Below are positions 8,718-18,037 of a stretch of 63,957 nucleotides of DNA, piece by piece. Location: contig JBAXRP010000002.1 of assembly GCA_037131145.1 (NCBI GenBank), positions 1-63,957 of the forward strand, in the 5' to 3' direction. The notes below the pieces were generated by a model. The model did no database searches. It saw only the letters and a list, made by a program, of their open reading frames with translations, and was not told the origin of the DNA. Position 1 is the first letter of the stretch. Every line of letters begins with the position of its first letter. The position numbers and the translations under genes are program-made. The stretch is from Bacteroidota bacterium. GTDB taxonomy: Bacteria > Bacteroidota > Bacteroidia > Bacteroidales > FEN-979.

Positions 8718-9932
8718 TCACCGAAGCAACATAAGCGTGCCCTTGTTACTCGTTCTTGTTTTTTTGTTGTCCTCATAATAGATAACCCAAACATAGTAGC
8801 CTTCCGGGCAATACTCCCCGTTGAATTTACCATCCCATGAATCGCGGATATCATTTGTGTAGAAAACCGACTGCCCCCAGCGATTGAAAATCTGAAGGTT
8901 GAACTGGGTAATGTTTTCAAAAGGCAGTCCGATAATTTTAAAATTATCATTGACGCCATCGCCATTGGGCGTAAAAGAATTTGGGATGTATGGTACAACA
9001 AATACAATGACCTCGGCTTTGAATTCCATACCGCTGCAAAGAGTACAATAGACGGTATATGTTGTGGTTTCCTCTGGCGCCACAGTAATACTCTGCTGAT
9101 CTGAAAGATATTCGCTGCCGGAGTACCACCGGAAACTGATTTTATCGCCAGGCGTTATGGGTTGGAATTTATATGGAATCCGGGCAATCTGAAAACTGTC
9201 AACCGATGTTGGTATATATTTCCATGCCATGGTATCGGAACTCCATGAGCTGGCGTTATAACCCGGAACCGCAAAACCAACGTACCCTGTTCCGTCCTGT
9301 AATCCGAGCGTCGCCTTGTTGCTATAATTATCAGGGCAGGCAGGTTTCCTGAAAATATGGTTCTCAATAGTGTAATCTGCTTCATTAAGCACAATCTGAA
9401 ATGTTACCGTTAGATCTGTGCAGATATACATCGGACATTCACACCACATCACAACCAACTTACGGTTTGGCGCAGTTCCGATAGTCTGGTAGAAGATGTA
9501 CGGGCTTCCATCCATGGCGGGGTAAAGATCCTGGAAAGGCCCGCAGATACAGTTTTTTGGATTATTGGTTGCCGCGCTCGGAATGAAAAATGCCTCCCGG
9601 ATCCCATTGGAATTAGGATTAGGACTGAAACTGATCCAACCGTTTGCACCTACCCAAAACTCATGATATGGATCGCCGAAAAAAGAAAATCCAAATCCAA
9701 TCGGAAATGGACCCTGCACCCAGTCCTCATTATTCTGTTTTGAGGAAATGCCGATTCCGATCAGACCATAAGTTGCAGTAAGCGTAACAGGAACACCGGG
9801 ATTAATTGTGTCATTTTCCCCGCCGGTTAATTGTGCATATCCGGGAAAAATAGAAATGATAAAAAACAGAGAAATCAAATATTTCACGCCGGGTAACTTC
9901 AAACAACGTACTTTTAAATAGCAAATATCCAT
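8718..9932 (-). CDS. secreted protein with T9SS type B (gliding motility-associated) C-terminal sorting domain
   Basis: The C-terminal ~90 aa read IPNSFTPNGDGVNDNFKI...IFNRWGQSVF...WDGKFNG...PEGYYVWVI, the hallmark of the CHU_C/type B CTD. The start is uncertain: ATG at 9932, or GTG at 9887 giving MKYLISLFFIISIFPGYAQ. Confidence 0.8.
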   Translation of the reverse strand: MDICYLKVRCLKLPGVKYLISLFFIISIFPGYAQLTGGENDTINPGVPVTLTATYGLIGIGISSKQNNEDWVQGPFPIGFGFSFFGDPYHEFWVGANGWISFSPNPNSNGIREAFFIPSAATNNPKNCICGPFQDLYPAMDGSPYIFYQTIGTAPNRKLVVMWCECPMYICTDLTVTFQIVLNEADYTIENHIFRKPACPDNYSNKATLGLQDGTGYVGFAVPGYNASSWSSDTMAWKYIPTSVDSFQIARIPYKFQPITPGDKISFRWYSGSEYLSDQQSITVAPEETTTYTVYCTLCSGMEFKAEVIVFVVPYIPNSFTPNGDGVNDNFKIIGLPFENITQFNLQIFNRWGQSVFYTNDIRDSWDGKFNGEYCPEGYYVWVIYYEDNKKTRTSNKGTLMLLR

Positions 9933-10018
9933 ATATTCTCTGAAATAACTTTACTTTTGTTCCTTCGAAAGAACTTATTCCATCAAACGTGTTATAAACG
10001 CCAAAATTTTAATCTGTT

Positions 10019-11299
10019 ATGAAAAAAGATAGCGCTATTTTCAATATCATTAAGGATGAATTGCATCGTCAGACTGCGGGTTTGGAACTGATTGCTTCGG
10101 AAAACTTTGTCAGCGACCAGGTATTGAAAGCCATGGGTTCCTGCCTCACAAACAAATACGCGGAAGGATATCCTGGAAAGAGATATTATGGCGGATGTCA
10201 GAATGTTGACATTTCGGAACAGCTCGCCATTGACCGAGCTAAAGAACTGTTCAATGCCGAATGGGCAAATGTTCAGCCACATTCAGGCGCACAGGCAAAC
10301 ATGGCTGTGCTGATGACCTGCCTTAAACCGGGCGACACTTTCATGGGGCTTGATCTCGCTCATGGCGGACATCTTTCGCACGGATCGCTGGTCAACTCAT
10401 CCGGAATACTTTATAACGCCATCGCTTATCAGGTTGAGCAGGAAACCGGGGTGATCAATTATGATAAAATGGAAGAGAAGGCGTTGGCGCTCAAACCCAA
10501 ACTGATTATTGCCGGAGCTTCCGCTTACTCCCGCGACTGGGACTACAAACGTATGCGTAGTATCGCCGACCAGATTGGCGCCATTCTGATGGCAGACATT
10601 GCCCACCCGGCAGGTTTGATTGCCCGCGGACTTTTGAACGACCCAATGCCCCATTGCCACATTGTCACCACAACCACTCACAAAACCCTGCGCGGTCCCC
10701 GCGGAGGAATGATCCTGATTGGTAAGGATTTTGAAAATCCATGGGGCTTGAAAACTCCCAAAGGTGAAATCAAAATGATGTCGCAGTTACTTGATTCTGC
10801 CGTATTTCCCGGCATACAGGGAGGTCCGCTGGAACACGTTATTGCGGCTAAAGCAGTTTCATTCTTCGAAGCGCTTTCCGATGAATATATGGACTATGTT
10901 CTCCAGGTGCAGAAGAATGCAGCCGCCATGGCAAAAGCCTTTATGGATAAGGGTTATCACGTAATTTCAGGAGGAACTGACAATCACCTGATGCTAATTG
11001 ACCTTCGTTCTAAATTTCCCAACATTACAGGAAAACAGGTTGAAAATATTTTGGTAAAAGCCGACATCACCGTTAATAAGAATATGGTTCCATTCGACAG
11101 CCGCTCTCCTTTTCAAACATCTGGTTTACGCGTTGGAACCCCGGCTTTGACCACAAGAGGACTCAGCGAAAAAGAGATGCCGAAAATAGTTGACCTCATG
11201 GACGAAGTAATCAGCGATATTGAAAACGAAGCAAAAATCCTTATGGTTCGCTCAAAGGTCAATCAGATGATGGCTGAGTTTCCATTGTTTGCTTATTGA
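10019..11299 (+). CDS. glyA: serine hydroxymethyltransferase
   Basis: 426 aa. Motifs [22 protein letters not shown] and the PLP site [14 protein letters not shown]. Confidence 0.97.
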   Translation: MKKDSAIFNIIKDELHRQTAGLELIASENFVSDQVLKAMGSCLTNKYAEGYPGKRYYGGCQNVDISEQLAIDRAKELFNAEWANVQPHSGAQANMAVLMTCLKPGDTFMGLDLAHGGHLSHGSLVNSSGILYNAIAYQVEQETGVINYDKMEEKALALKPKLIIAGASAYSRDWDYKRMRSIADQIGAILMADIAHPAGLIARGLLNDPMPHCHIVTTTTHKTLRGPRGGMILIGKDFENPWGLKTPKGEIKMMSQLLDSAVFPGIQGGPLEHVIAAKAVSFFEALSDEYMDYVLQVQKNAAAMAKAFMDKGYHVISGGTDNHLMLIDLRSKFPNITGKQVENILVKADITVNKNMVPFDSRSPFQTSGLRVGTPALTTRGLSEKEMPKIVDLMDEVISDIENEAKILMVRSKVNQMMAEFPLFAY

Positions 11300-11300
11300 T

Positions 11301-11410
11301 CTGCCCCCGGTCACCTTTCACAACCAATTACAGACCACACCCCAAAGTCCCCGGCCCCCGGCTCAAAGACCCCAACCCCCGGCCCCTTCCCCAAAGAAGG
11401 GAGGGGGAGT
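11301..11410. repeat. C-rich degenerate repeat block (CCCCGG / CCAAAG words)
   Basis: CCCCGG or CCCCCGG occurs four times and C(C/T)CAAAG three times within about 110 bp. The composition differs strongly from the flanking DNA. Confidence 0.7.
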
Positions 11411-11413
11411 TTA
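11383..11413 (+). terminator. possible glyA terminator hairpin within the C-rich element
   Basis: CCCCT(T)CCC ... GGGAGGGG stem with loop CAAAGAA, followed by AGTTTAAAAC. The T-tract is weak. Confidence 0.3.
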
Positions 11414-11425
11414 AAACTAAACCTC

Positions 11426-11932
11426 ATGAAAACATTATACTTAATCCGACACGCTAAAGCCTCCTGGGAGATGCCGGGGGTTTCGGATGCAGACAGACCG
11501 CTTATTCCCAAAGGGGTGAAAAAAACCATGTTGGTACTGGATTTCCTGCAAAAGCGTGGTACAAACATTGATTTGATTATCTCAAGTCCGGCGGTGAGAG
11601 CTTATGAAACCGCCAAAATTATTGCTGCCGGATTAGATTATCCGATATCCAAAATCAAAACAGACCGGAAAATTTACGATGGTTATTACGACCGTATTCT
11701 CGATATTGTTTATGGCGCTGCAAATAATCTGAATTCGTTGATGATCTTCGGACACAACCCAACAATTACCAACCTGGCAAACTTGTTTTTGCATCCGGGA
11801 ATTGACAATATGCCAACCTCATGTGTTGTTTGTCTTTCCTTCGACACGGAAAAATGGGAGCATATTCCATCGGTGGAAGCAAAACAGGAGTTTGTTGTTT
11901 TCCCAAAAATGCTGAAATCAGATGACAACTAA
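11426..11932 (+). CDS. SixA-like histidine phosphatase family protein
   Basis: 168 aa. N-terminal LYLIRHAKA (RHG-type catalytic motif) and a later GHNP motif. The size is typical of SixA-type phosphohistidine phosphatases. Overlaps the ppk1 start by 11 nt. Confidence 0.75.
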   Translation: MKTLYLIRHAKASWEMPGVSDADRPLIPKGVKKTMLVLDFLQKRGTNIDLIISSPAVRAYETAKIIAAGLDYPISKIKTDRKIYDGYYDRILDIVYGAANNLNSLMIFGHNPTITNLANLFLHPGIDNMPTSCVVCLSFDTEKWEHIPSVEAKQEFVVFPKMLKSDDN

Positions 11933-13979
11933 AGGAAGAGCTCCTATTCTAAACCGCGACCTGAACTGGCTCTATTTCAATGGGCGTGTATTACAGGAAG
12001 CAGCCGATCCACGAAATCCACTGCTGGAGCGGTTAAAATTTCTTGGAATTTTTTCAAATAACCGCGATGAATTTTTCCGGGTACGCGTGGCAACCCTTAA
12101 CAGAATGTTGAAAGTTGAACGTATCCAGTATGATACCCCGGTAAATCCACGCAAAGCCCTTAAAGAGATTGGCGAATTGGTTCAGCGCCAGGAACGCGAA
12201 TTCATGGAAGTTTATGAAAATATACTCACCGACCTGAAAAAACAGGATATTTTTATCATTGATGAAACGCACCTCACCAAATCACAGGGCGCTTTTGTAA
12301 GAAAATATTTCAACGAAAAAGTCCGGGTTGCCCTTTTCCCTATCATGATCAGCAGTTTGCGCGATATTTCTTCATTGCGCGATAAATCCATTTACCTTGC
12401 CGTTACAGTTGGACGAATTGATAAGGCTCTTAAGGATGATTATGCCCTGATTGAGATTCCGACAAAAACCATTTCGCGATTTCTCATTCTTCCGCAGGAA
12501 GGCGAAAAAAGGTTTATCATCCTGCTTGACGATGTTGTGAGGTACTGCCTGTCCGATATTTTTTCAATCTTTGGTTACGATTCATTTTCAGCATATACCG
12601 TTAAAATTACACGCGATGCGGAGATTGATATTGACACCGACGTTTCCAAGAGCTTTCTCGAAATCATGTCGGAAAGCCTGAAACAACGTAAACGCGGAAT
12701 ACCGGTGAGGTTTGTTTACGACAAATCCATTCCCGCCGATCTGCTGAAAATAATCTCTAAAAGACTTGATATTACTAAGGATGATCCCATCAGAGGCGGA
12801 GGAAGATATCATAATTTCAAGGATTTTATGAGCTTTCCAAATCTTGATCACAGGGAACTTGAATATCCGCCGCTCATTCCTTTAACCCATAAAGACCTCC
12901 CCCCGAACAGGAGCATTCTTACCTCCATCAGAGAAAAAGATATCCTGCTTCAATACCCTTACCAGTCATTCCAGTACATAATTGACTTGCTTCGCGAAGC
13001 GTCTATTGATCCAAAGGTCAGGTCAATTAAGATGACCATTTACCGCGCCGCCAAAAACTCTAGTATAATCAATGCGCTGATTAACGCAGCGAGAAACGGA
13101 AAGTATGTCACCGCGTTCATGGAACTTCAGGCGCGTTTTGATGAAGAAGCCAATATTTTGTGGACAGAACGGTTGCGTGAAGAGGGCGTAAAAGTTATTC
13201 ACAGTATTCCGGGATTTAAGGTTCACAGCAAACTGCTTCTAATCCGGCGAAAAGAGAATGCGGCAAATTTTTTCTATGCTTTTATCGGCACCGGAAACTT
13301 CAATGAAGACACAGCCCGTATCTATTCCGACGTTAGTTTGCTAACGGCAAATCAGACTATTTGCACCGATGTTGTAAACGCCTTTCACCTAATCGAAGAG
13401 AGTTACCGTCCATTTAAATTCAAAGCGCTGATTGTCGCCCCGGTGAACATGCGAAATTTCTATATTAAAATGCTGAATAATGAAATGCGAAACGCGGCGC
13501 TGGGAAAAGAGGCATGGGTAATTTTGAAACTAAACAGCCTCGTGGATGCAACGATGGTTAAAAAACTTTATAAAGCAAGTCAGGCAGGGGTAAAGATCAA
13601 ACTTATCGTCAGAGGTATCTGCACCCTGATTCCCGGCATTCCCGGTATCAGCGATAACATCGAAGCGATCAGCATAGTTGACCGGTTCCTTGAACATGCG
13701 CGAATTCTGGTTTACTGCAACGGAGGCGACAATTTGTATTACATTACTTCAGCCGACTGGATGGTTCGTAATTTCGACAACCGCATTGAAGTGGCTACAC
13801 CAATTCTCGACCTGGAAATTCAATGGCAGTTAAAGAAAATGCTTGATATCCAACTTTCTGACAATGTTAAAGCCAGAATCATTGGCGCTGACGAACCCAA
13901 TCAATATAAAAAAACCGACGGACCGCCTGTCAGATCACAAATCGAAATCTACAATTACCTTAAAAAAATGGTTGAATAG
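11922..13979 (+). CDS. ppk1: polyphosphate kinase 1
   Basis: 685 aa. N-terminal NRDLNWLYFNGRVLQEA and FLGIFSNNRDEFFRVRV, with two PLD-like C-terminal domains (KVHSKLLLI.R, HARILVY). Confidence 0.95.
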   Translation: MTTKGRAPILNRDLNWLYFNGRVLQEAADPRNPLLERLKFLGIFSNNRDEFFRVRVATLNRMLKVERIQYDTPVNPRKALKEIGELVQRQEREFMEVYENILTDLKKQDIFIIDETHLTKSQGAFVRKYFNEKVRVALFPIMISSLRDISSLRDKSIYLAVTVGRIDKALKDDYALIEIPTKTISRFLILPQEGEKRFIILLDDVVRYCLSDIFSIFGYDSFSAYTVKITRDAEIDIDTDVSKSFLEIMSESLKQRKRGIPVRFVYDKSIPADLLKIISKRLDITKDDPIRGGGRYHNFKDFMSFPNLDHRELEYPPLIPLTHKDLPPNRSILTSIREKDILLQYPYQSFQYIIDLLREASIDPKVRSIKMTIYRAAKNSSIINALINAARNGKYVTAFMELQARFDEEANILWTERLREEGVKVIHSIPGFKVHSKLLLIRRKENAANFFYAFIGTGNFNEDTARIYSDVSLLTANQTICTDVVNAFHLIEESYRPFKFKALIVAPVNMRNFYIKMLNNEMRNAALGKEAWVILKLNSLVDATMVKKLYKASQAGVKIKLIVRGICTLIPGIPGISDNIEAISIVDRFLEHARILVYCNGGDNLYYITSADWMVRNFDNRIEVATPILDLEIQWQLKKMLDIQLSDNVKARIIGADEPNQYKKTDGPPVRSQIEIYNYLKKMVE

Positions 13980-13996
13980 TCCTATCCAAAAACTGT

Positions 13997-14311
13997 ATGG
14001 TAATCTTGAAAAAAATCTTCTATGTATTGATTAACAAATACTTCCTGACAACGGTGGCATTTGTGGCATGGATGGTGTTTTTCGACAGCAACAACCTTCT
14101 GACAAGAAACAAGTTGCAGGCAAAACTCGATTCGTTGTATCAGGCTAAACAGTATTATTTGCAGGAGATTCGGAAGGATTCGGCTTTATCTTATGGGCTG
14201 ATGAACGACAGTTCCCAACTCGAAAAATTTGCTCGGGAAAGGTACCTGATGAAAAAAGATAATGAAGATTTATTTTTAATTGTTGATACTACTGAGGATC
14301 CACATCAATAA
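13997..14311 (+). CDS. septum formation initiator (FtsB/DivIC-like) protein
   Basis: 104 aa with a single N-terminal TM helix followed by a coiled coil. C-terminal ..EKFARERYLMKKDNEDLF.IV is typical of the family. Confidence 0.65.
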   Translation: MVILKKIFYVLINKYFLTTVAFVAWMVFFDSNNLLTRNKLQAKLDSLYQAKQYYLQEIRKDSALSYGLMNDSSQLEKFARERYLMKKDNEDLFLIVDTTEDPHQ

Positions 14312-16787
14312 TTATTCTCACCGAACGGCAGGTGAGATCCTGCTGAAATTTCGCGATTATCTCCATCATTGCAGATTTTGCGGCAGCAAGTTTAGCCGGT
14401 TTCTCTACCTTGAACATGATATGTTTGATATAATAATTCATGATTCTTGAAACCATAGGATATTCGGGTCCGAGGATACTGTTTCCAAATTCCTGTCTCA
14501 GAGATTTTGCCAGGATACCGGCAGCATTATTCAGCAAATCCGAATCTTTGTGTTTTAGTTTCAGAAGAATAAGCCTGGTAAAAGGTGGATAACCGAATTT
14601 TTTTCTCTCTGCCAGTTGATGGTTAAACATGCCTGCGTAATCGTTAGCAACCACCTGCCTTATCACGAGGTGAGCGGGTTGCCGTGTTTGAATAATCACT
14701 TTGCCTTGCTTGTTCTTTCGTCCGCTCCTGCCGCTAACCTGCGCCATCAGTTGAAAACTTCGTTCCGCTGATCTGAAATCGGGATAACTGAGCATGTTAT
14801 CGGCATTCAGTATGGAAACCAGACTGACATTATCAAAATCGAGGCCTTTTGTAACCATTTGCGTACCGACGAGAATGTCAACCTTTCCGGCTTCAAAATC
14901 GGAGATGATCTGTTGAAGTGCATGTTTACTTCTCGTGGTATCGAGATCCATGCGCGTAATCCTGGTTCCGGGAAGTATTAATCCAAGATCTTCTTCTACC
15001 TTTTCAGTCCCAAACCCTTTCATTTTAATCTGGAGACCCTGACATTCAGGACATTTTTCGGGAACGCGCGAAACGAATCCGCAGTAATGACAACGAAGCT
15101 GGTTGATTTTCTTATGATAAACCAGAGTGACGTCACAATTCAGACAAGTTGGCATCCAATGGCAGTTATCACATTCGAGACGAAGGGAAAAACCGCGGCG
15201 GTTTTGAAAAAGGATTGCCTGTTCACCCTGATTTAAGGCAGTTTTGAGACGCTCAATCAATACGGTTGAAAAATGGCTTTTCATCATTCCATGTTGAGTT
15301 GCTTCCCTGATATTTACCACCTCAATCTTCGGCATAAGCATATTAGCATACCTTTCCGACAATTCCACTAATCCGTATTTACCCCGGAAAACATTATAAT
15401 AACTTTCTACTGAAGGCGTGGCTGATCCGAGCAAAGTTTTAGCTCCATGCAGATGTGCGAGATAAATGGCAGCATCCCTTCCGTTGTAACGTGGAGCCGG
15501 ATCCATTTGCTTGAAGGATGAGTCATGCTCTTCATCAACAACCACAAGTCCAAGGTTGGAAAACGGAAGAAAAACAGCCGAGCGGGCGCCGAGGATGATA
15601 TGATATGGCTGAAAATCGGTCCCCGGATTGTCGTTTTGCAAAACGGCTTTGTAAATGTCAACCCTTTCATGCACATTAAACCGTGAATGGTAAACGCCTA
15701 CACGATTTCCGAAATATTTACGCAACCGGGTTATAATTTGTGTTGTGAGCGCGATTTCAGGAAGCAGGAACAACACTTGTTTCCCCTGACTGATTACCTC
15801 CTGCATAAGTTTGATATACAATTCCGTTTTCCCGCTCGACGTTACTCCGTGAAGCAAAACAACATCCTTTGTTTCAAACGTGCGCCGGATTTGTTGAAAA
15901 GCCTCTTCCTGTAACGGAGTAAGTTCAGACCGGGATAAAACCGGTTCAATATTCCCGGTATCGAGCCGGTTGACAATCCGGCTATAAATCTCAAAAACGC
16001 CTCTCTCCACGAGCAGCGATAACTGTGCCGCGCTCCCTTTAGACTGTATGAGTAATTCCCGGCGTTTAACTTCATTGGGAATTCCGAAACCATATTGACT
16101 TAGCCGGATGAAGGTCATAAAGATTTCCAACTGTTTTTTTGCCCTTTTCTCAAGAAGTTCAAATATGCCGCGGATTGCATCCTCATCACCGGAAATAGTT
16201 GATGACAATCTTACAAATTCTTCACGTTTCGGTTTATATGGATCGTTAATTTCTTCCTCAGATATAATTAAACCTTTCTCTATCAGGTTTTTTATAACGG
16301 GAATTGTTTTTTGCTGATCAAGGATTTTTGCCACCTCTGAAACTGCAATAACTTTCCGGTTGCGCAGAGCTTCAAGCAGTAACAACTCTTTTTCATTCAA
16401 TCCGGGAGGATTGTCGGGAACATCAGGATTTAGAGCAATTTTAGATTCACTTGCAAGTTTAAGCGCCGCTGGAAATGCAGCGTTCATTACTTCGCCAGGA
16501 TGACAAAGATAGTATGCGGCGAGCCAATCCCAGAAACGGAGCTGCAGCGGGGTTACAATCGGCTCTTCGTCGAGCGCCGATAGAATATTCTTGGGAAGCC
16601 GGTTCTGCGGGGGATTTTCATGGATACGAAGAACAAGCGCTGTATATATTTTTCGTGACCCAAACTGAACCACGACCCTTATGCCGGTCTTCACCTCATC
16701 ATTCAGAAGGGACGGTACACCATAAGTAAATGTACCGCTTATCGGAAGCGGTAAAAGAACATCGGCAAACAGAGTGATTCTTTCCAA
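14289..16787 (-). CDS. priA: primosomal protein N' (replication restart helicase PriA)
   Basis: 832 aa. Walker A (GVTSSGKTE), DEEH box and Cys-rich zinc-binding insert (CDNCHW..CLNC...CHYCG...CPEC). The only in-frame start after the upstream stop is TTG at 16787. Confidence 0.93.
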   Translation of the reverse strand: MERITLFADVLLPLPISGTFTYGVPSLLNDEVKTGIRVVVQFGSRKIYTALVLRIHENPPQNRLPKNILSALDEEPIVTPLQLRFWDWLAAYYLCHPGEVMNAAFPAALKLASESKIALNPDVPDNPPGLNEKELLLLEALRNRKVIAVSEVAKILDQQKTIPVIKNLIEKGLIISEEEINDPYKPKREEFVRLSSTISGDEDAIRGIFELLEKRAKKQLEIFMTFIRLSQYGFGIPNEVKRRELLIQSKGSAAQLSLLVERGVFEIYSRIVNRLDTGNIEPVLSRSELTPLQEEAFQQIRRTFETKDVVLLHGVTSSGKTELYIKLMQEVISQGKQVLFLLPEIALTTQIITRLRKYFGNRVGVYHSRFNVHERVDIYKAVLQNDNPGTDFQPYHIILGARSAVFLPFSNLGLVVVDEEHDSSFKQMDPAPRYNGRDAAIYLAHLHGAKTLLGSATPSVESYYNVFRGKYGLVELSERYANMLMPKIEVVNIREATQHGMMKSHFSTVLIERLKTALNQGEQAILFQNRRGFSLRLECDNCHWMPTCLNCDVTLVYHKKINQLRCHYCGFVSRVPEKCPECQGLQIKMKGFGTEKVEEDLGLILPGTRITRMDLDTTRSKHALQQIISDFEAGKVDILVGTQMVTKGLDFDNVSLVSILNADNMLSYPDFRSAERSFQLMAQVSGRSGRKNKQGKVIIQTRQPAHLVIRQVVANDYAGMFNHQLAERKKFGYPPFTRLILLKLKHKDSDLLNNAAGILAKSLRQEFGNSILGPEYPMVSRIMNYYIKHIMFKVEKPAKLAAAKSAMMEIIAKFQQDLTCRSVRIIIDVDPQ

Positions 16788-16805
16788 AAGGAATTCATTA
16801 TCGCG

Positions 16806-17786
16806 CTATAAAGCGAGGATTCGCGACATCTCAAGCATCTCCTTATTGATATCCTTATGATGCTTTATGGCATTATCAAATGGCGTATAGACAATTTCTT
16901 TATTCACGATACCTGCCATTACACCCCTCTGATCTTGAATTAAGCCTCTTACAGCAATAAAGCCAAGTGTGCTTGCAAGAACGCGATCAAATGCGCTTGG
17001 TGAACCACCTCGCTGGATATGCCCCAAAATAGTAACGCGGGTATCAAGTTCAGGTACTTTTTCCTTGACCTTTGCTGCAACCTCATAAGCCCCACCCGAT
17101 TCATCACCCTCGGCAACAATTACGATTCCTGATGTTTTACTCCGGCGCCAGTCATGCTTTAACAGGCGGGCAAGGTTATCAATGTAAGTTGTTGTTTCTG
17201 GCACAAGGATAAACTCGGCGCCGCAGGCAACCCCGCTTCGAAGGGCAATAAAACCGGCGTCGCGCCCCATCACCTCGATGAAAAAAAGGCGATCATGCGA
17301 GGAGGCTGTATCACGGATTTTGTCGGCAGCCTCAACCACGGTGTTTATTGCAGTATCATACCCAATAGTGGCGTCAGTCCCATAAAGATCGTTGTCAATG
17401 GTGCCAGGCAGACCAATTATTGGGAAATCGAATTCAGTGTCAAAAAGCGACGCCCCGGTAAAAGTTCCGTTACCGCCAATTACCACCATGGCGTCAATGT
17501 TATGAGCTTTCAGGTTGTTATAGGCTTGCAAACGCCCGGTGTATTCCATAAAACGTTTGCTTCGCGCTGTTTTCAGGATTGTGCCACCTCGTTGGATAAT
17601 ATTGGAAACCGAACTGCTTGATAGTTGTTCGATCTGATCGTCAATCAGTCCTTCATATCCGCGGTATATGCCGAAAACATCGAGACCGCAAAAGATTGAA
17701 GTACGCACAACCGCCCTGATGGCAGCATTCATCCCCGGCGAATCGCCGCCAGAGGTCATTACACCGATTCTTGTTATTTGAGACAT
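16806..17786 (-). CDS. pfkA: ATP-dependent 6-phosphofructokinase
   Basis: 326 aa. Motifs RIGVMTSGGDSPGMNAAIR, GGNGTFTGA, PGTIDND, MGRDAGFIAL, LGHIQRGG. Confidence 0.95.
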   Translation of the reverse strand: MSQITRIGVMTSGGDSPGMNAAIRAVVRTSIFCGLDVFGIYRGYEGLIDDQIEQLSSSSVSNIIQRGGTILKTARSKRFMEYTGRLQAYNNLKAHNIDAMVVIGGNGTFTGASLFDTEFDFPIIGLPGTIDNDLYGTDATIGYDTAINTVVEAADKIRDTASSHDRLFFIEVMGRDAGFIALRSGVACGAEFILVPETTTYIDNLARLLKHDWRRSKTSGIVIVAEGDESGGAYEVAAKVKEKVPELDTRVTILGHIQRGGSPSAFDRVLASTLGFIAVRGLIQDQRGVMAGIVNKEIVYTPFDNAIKHHKDINKEMLEMSRILAL

Positions 17787-17874
17787 GTTTTGCCATTTTT
17801 TGTTTTTATAAGCGCCTATTGGTTAACTGAAAAAAATCTAATTTATTTCCGAATCCATTTTTTGTACATAACGA

Positions 17875-17977
17875 GACCTCAAATTCCAAACCTTTTCTTT
17901 CAAGGCTTATTAAGCCACGACCGTCTCTCGTTTCTCCCTTATAATTTGGATTTTGGAAATTGGAAATTGGAAATTTT
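17875..17977 (+). repeat. MITE-like intergenic element, copy A
   Basis: Shares the core CTTTCAAGGCTT..TAA..CA....CTCTC..TTT.TC...GGATTTGG with copies B and C. It is flanked by CTCAAATTCCAAACC on the left and GGATTTT(GGAAATT)x3 on the right. Confidence 0.75.
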
Positions 17978-18037
17978 AAAATAAGCGGTATTATCCCGTT
18001 TTGAGAATATATCGTTGTTTATTGCAGGATAAAACCA

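Noticed and set aside
8714-9394. Several 60-97-aa minus-strand ORFs in alternative frames over 8714-9649
   Set aside because: They are nested inside the 404-aa type B CTD protein gene, which has a clear signal peptide and CTD.
11340-11360. CAAAGTCCCCGG resembling the RNase P RNA GGAAAGUCCGGGC motif
   Set aside because: The resemblance is only partial. The 126-bp spacer is far too short for RNase P RNA and lacks the other conserved regions.
11311-11568. 85-aa minus-strand ORF over the C-rich block
   Set aside because: It is a Gly/Pro-rich translation of the low-complexity C-rich element, and it overlaps the start of the SixA-like gene on the opposite strand.
17778-17984. 68-aa ORF, together with similar ORFs at 23260-23463 (+), 23276-23500 (-) and 32036-32263 (-), crossing the MITE-like elements
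   Set aside because: The peptide similarity (for example FQGLL..) simply reflects the DNA repeat. The reading frame is not preserved between copies, because copy A has a TAA in the frame that is open in copy B. The ORFs also overlap flanking genes.
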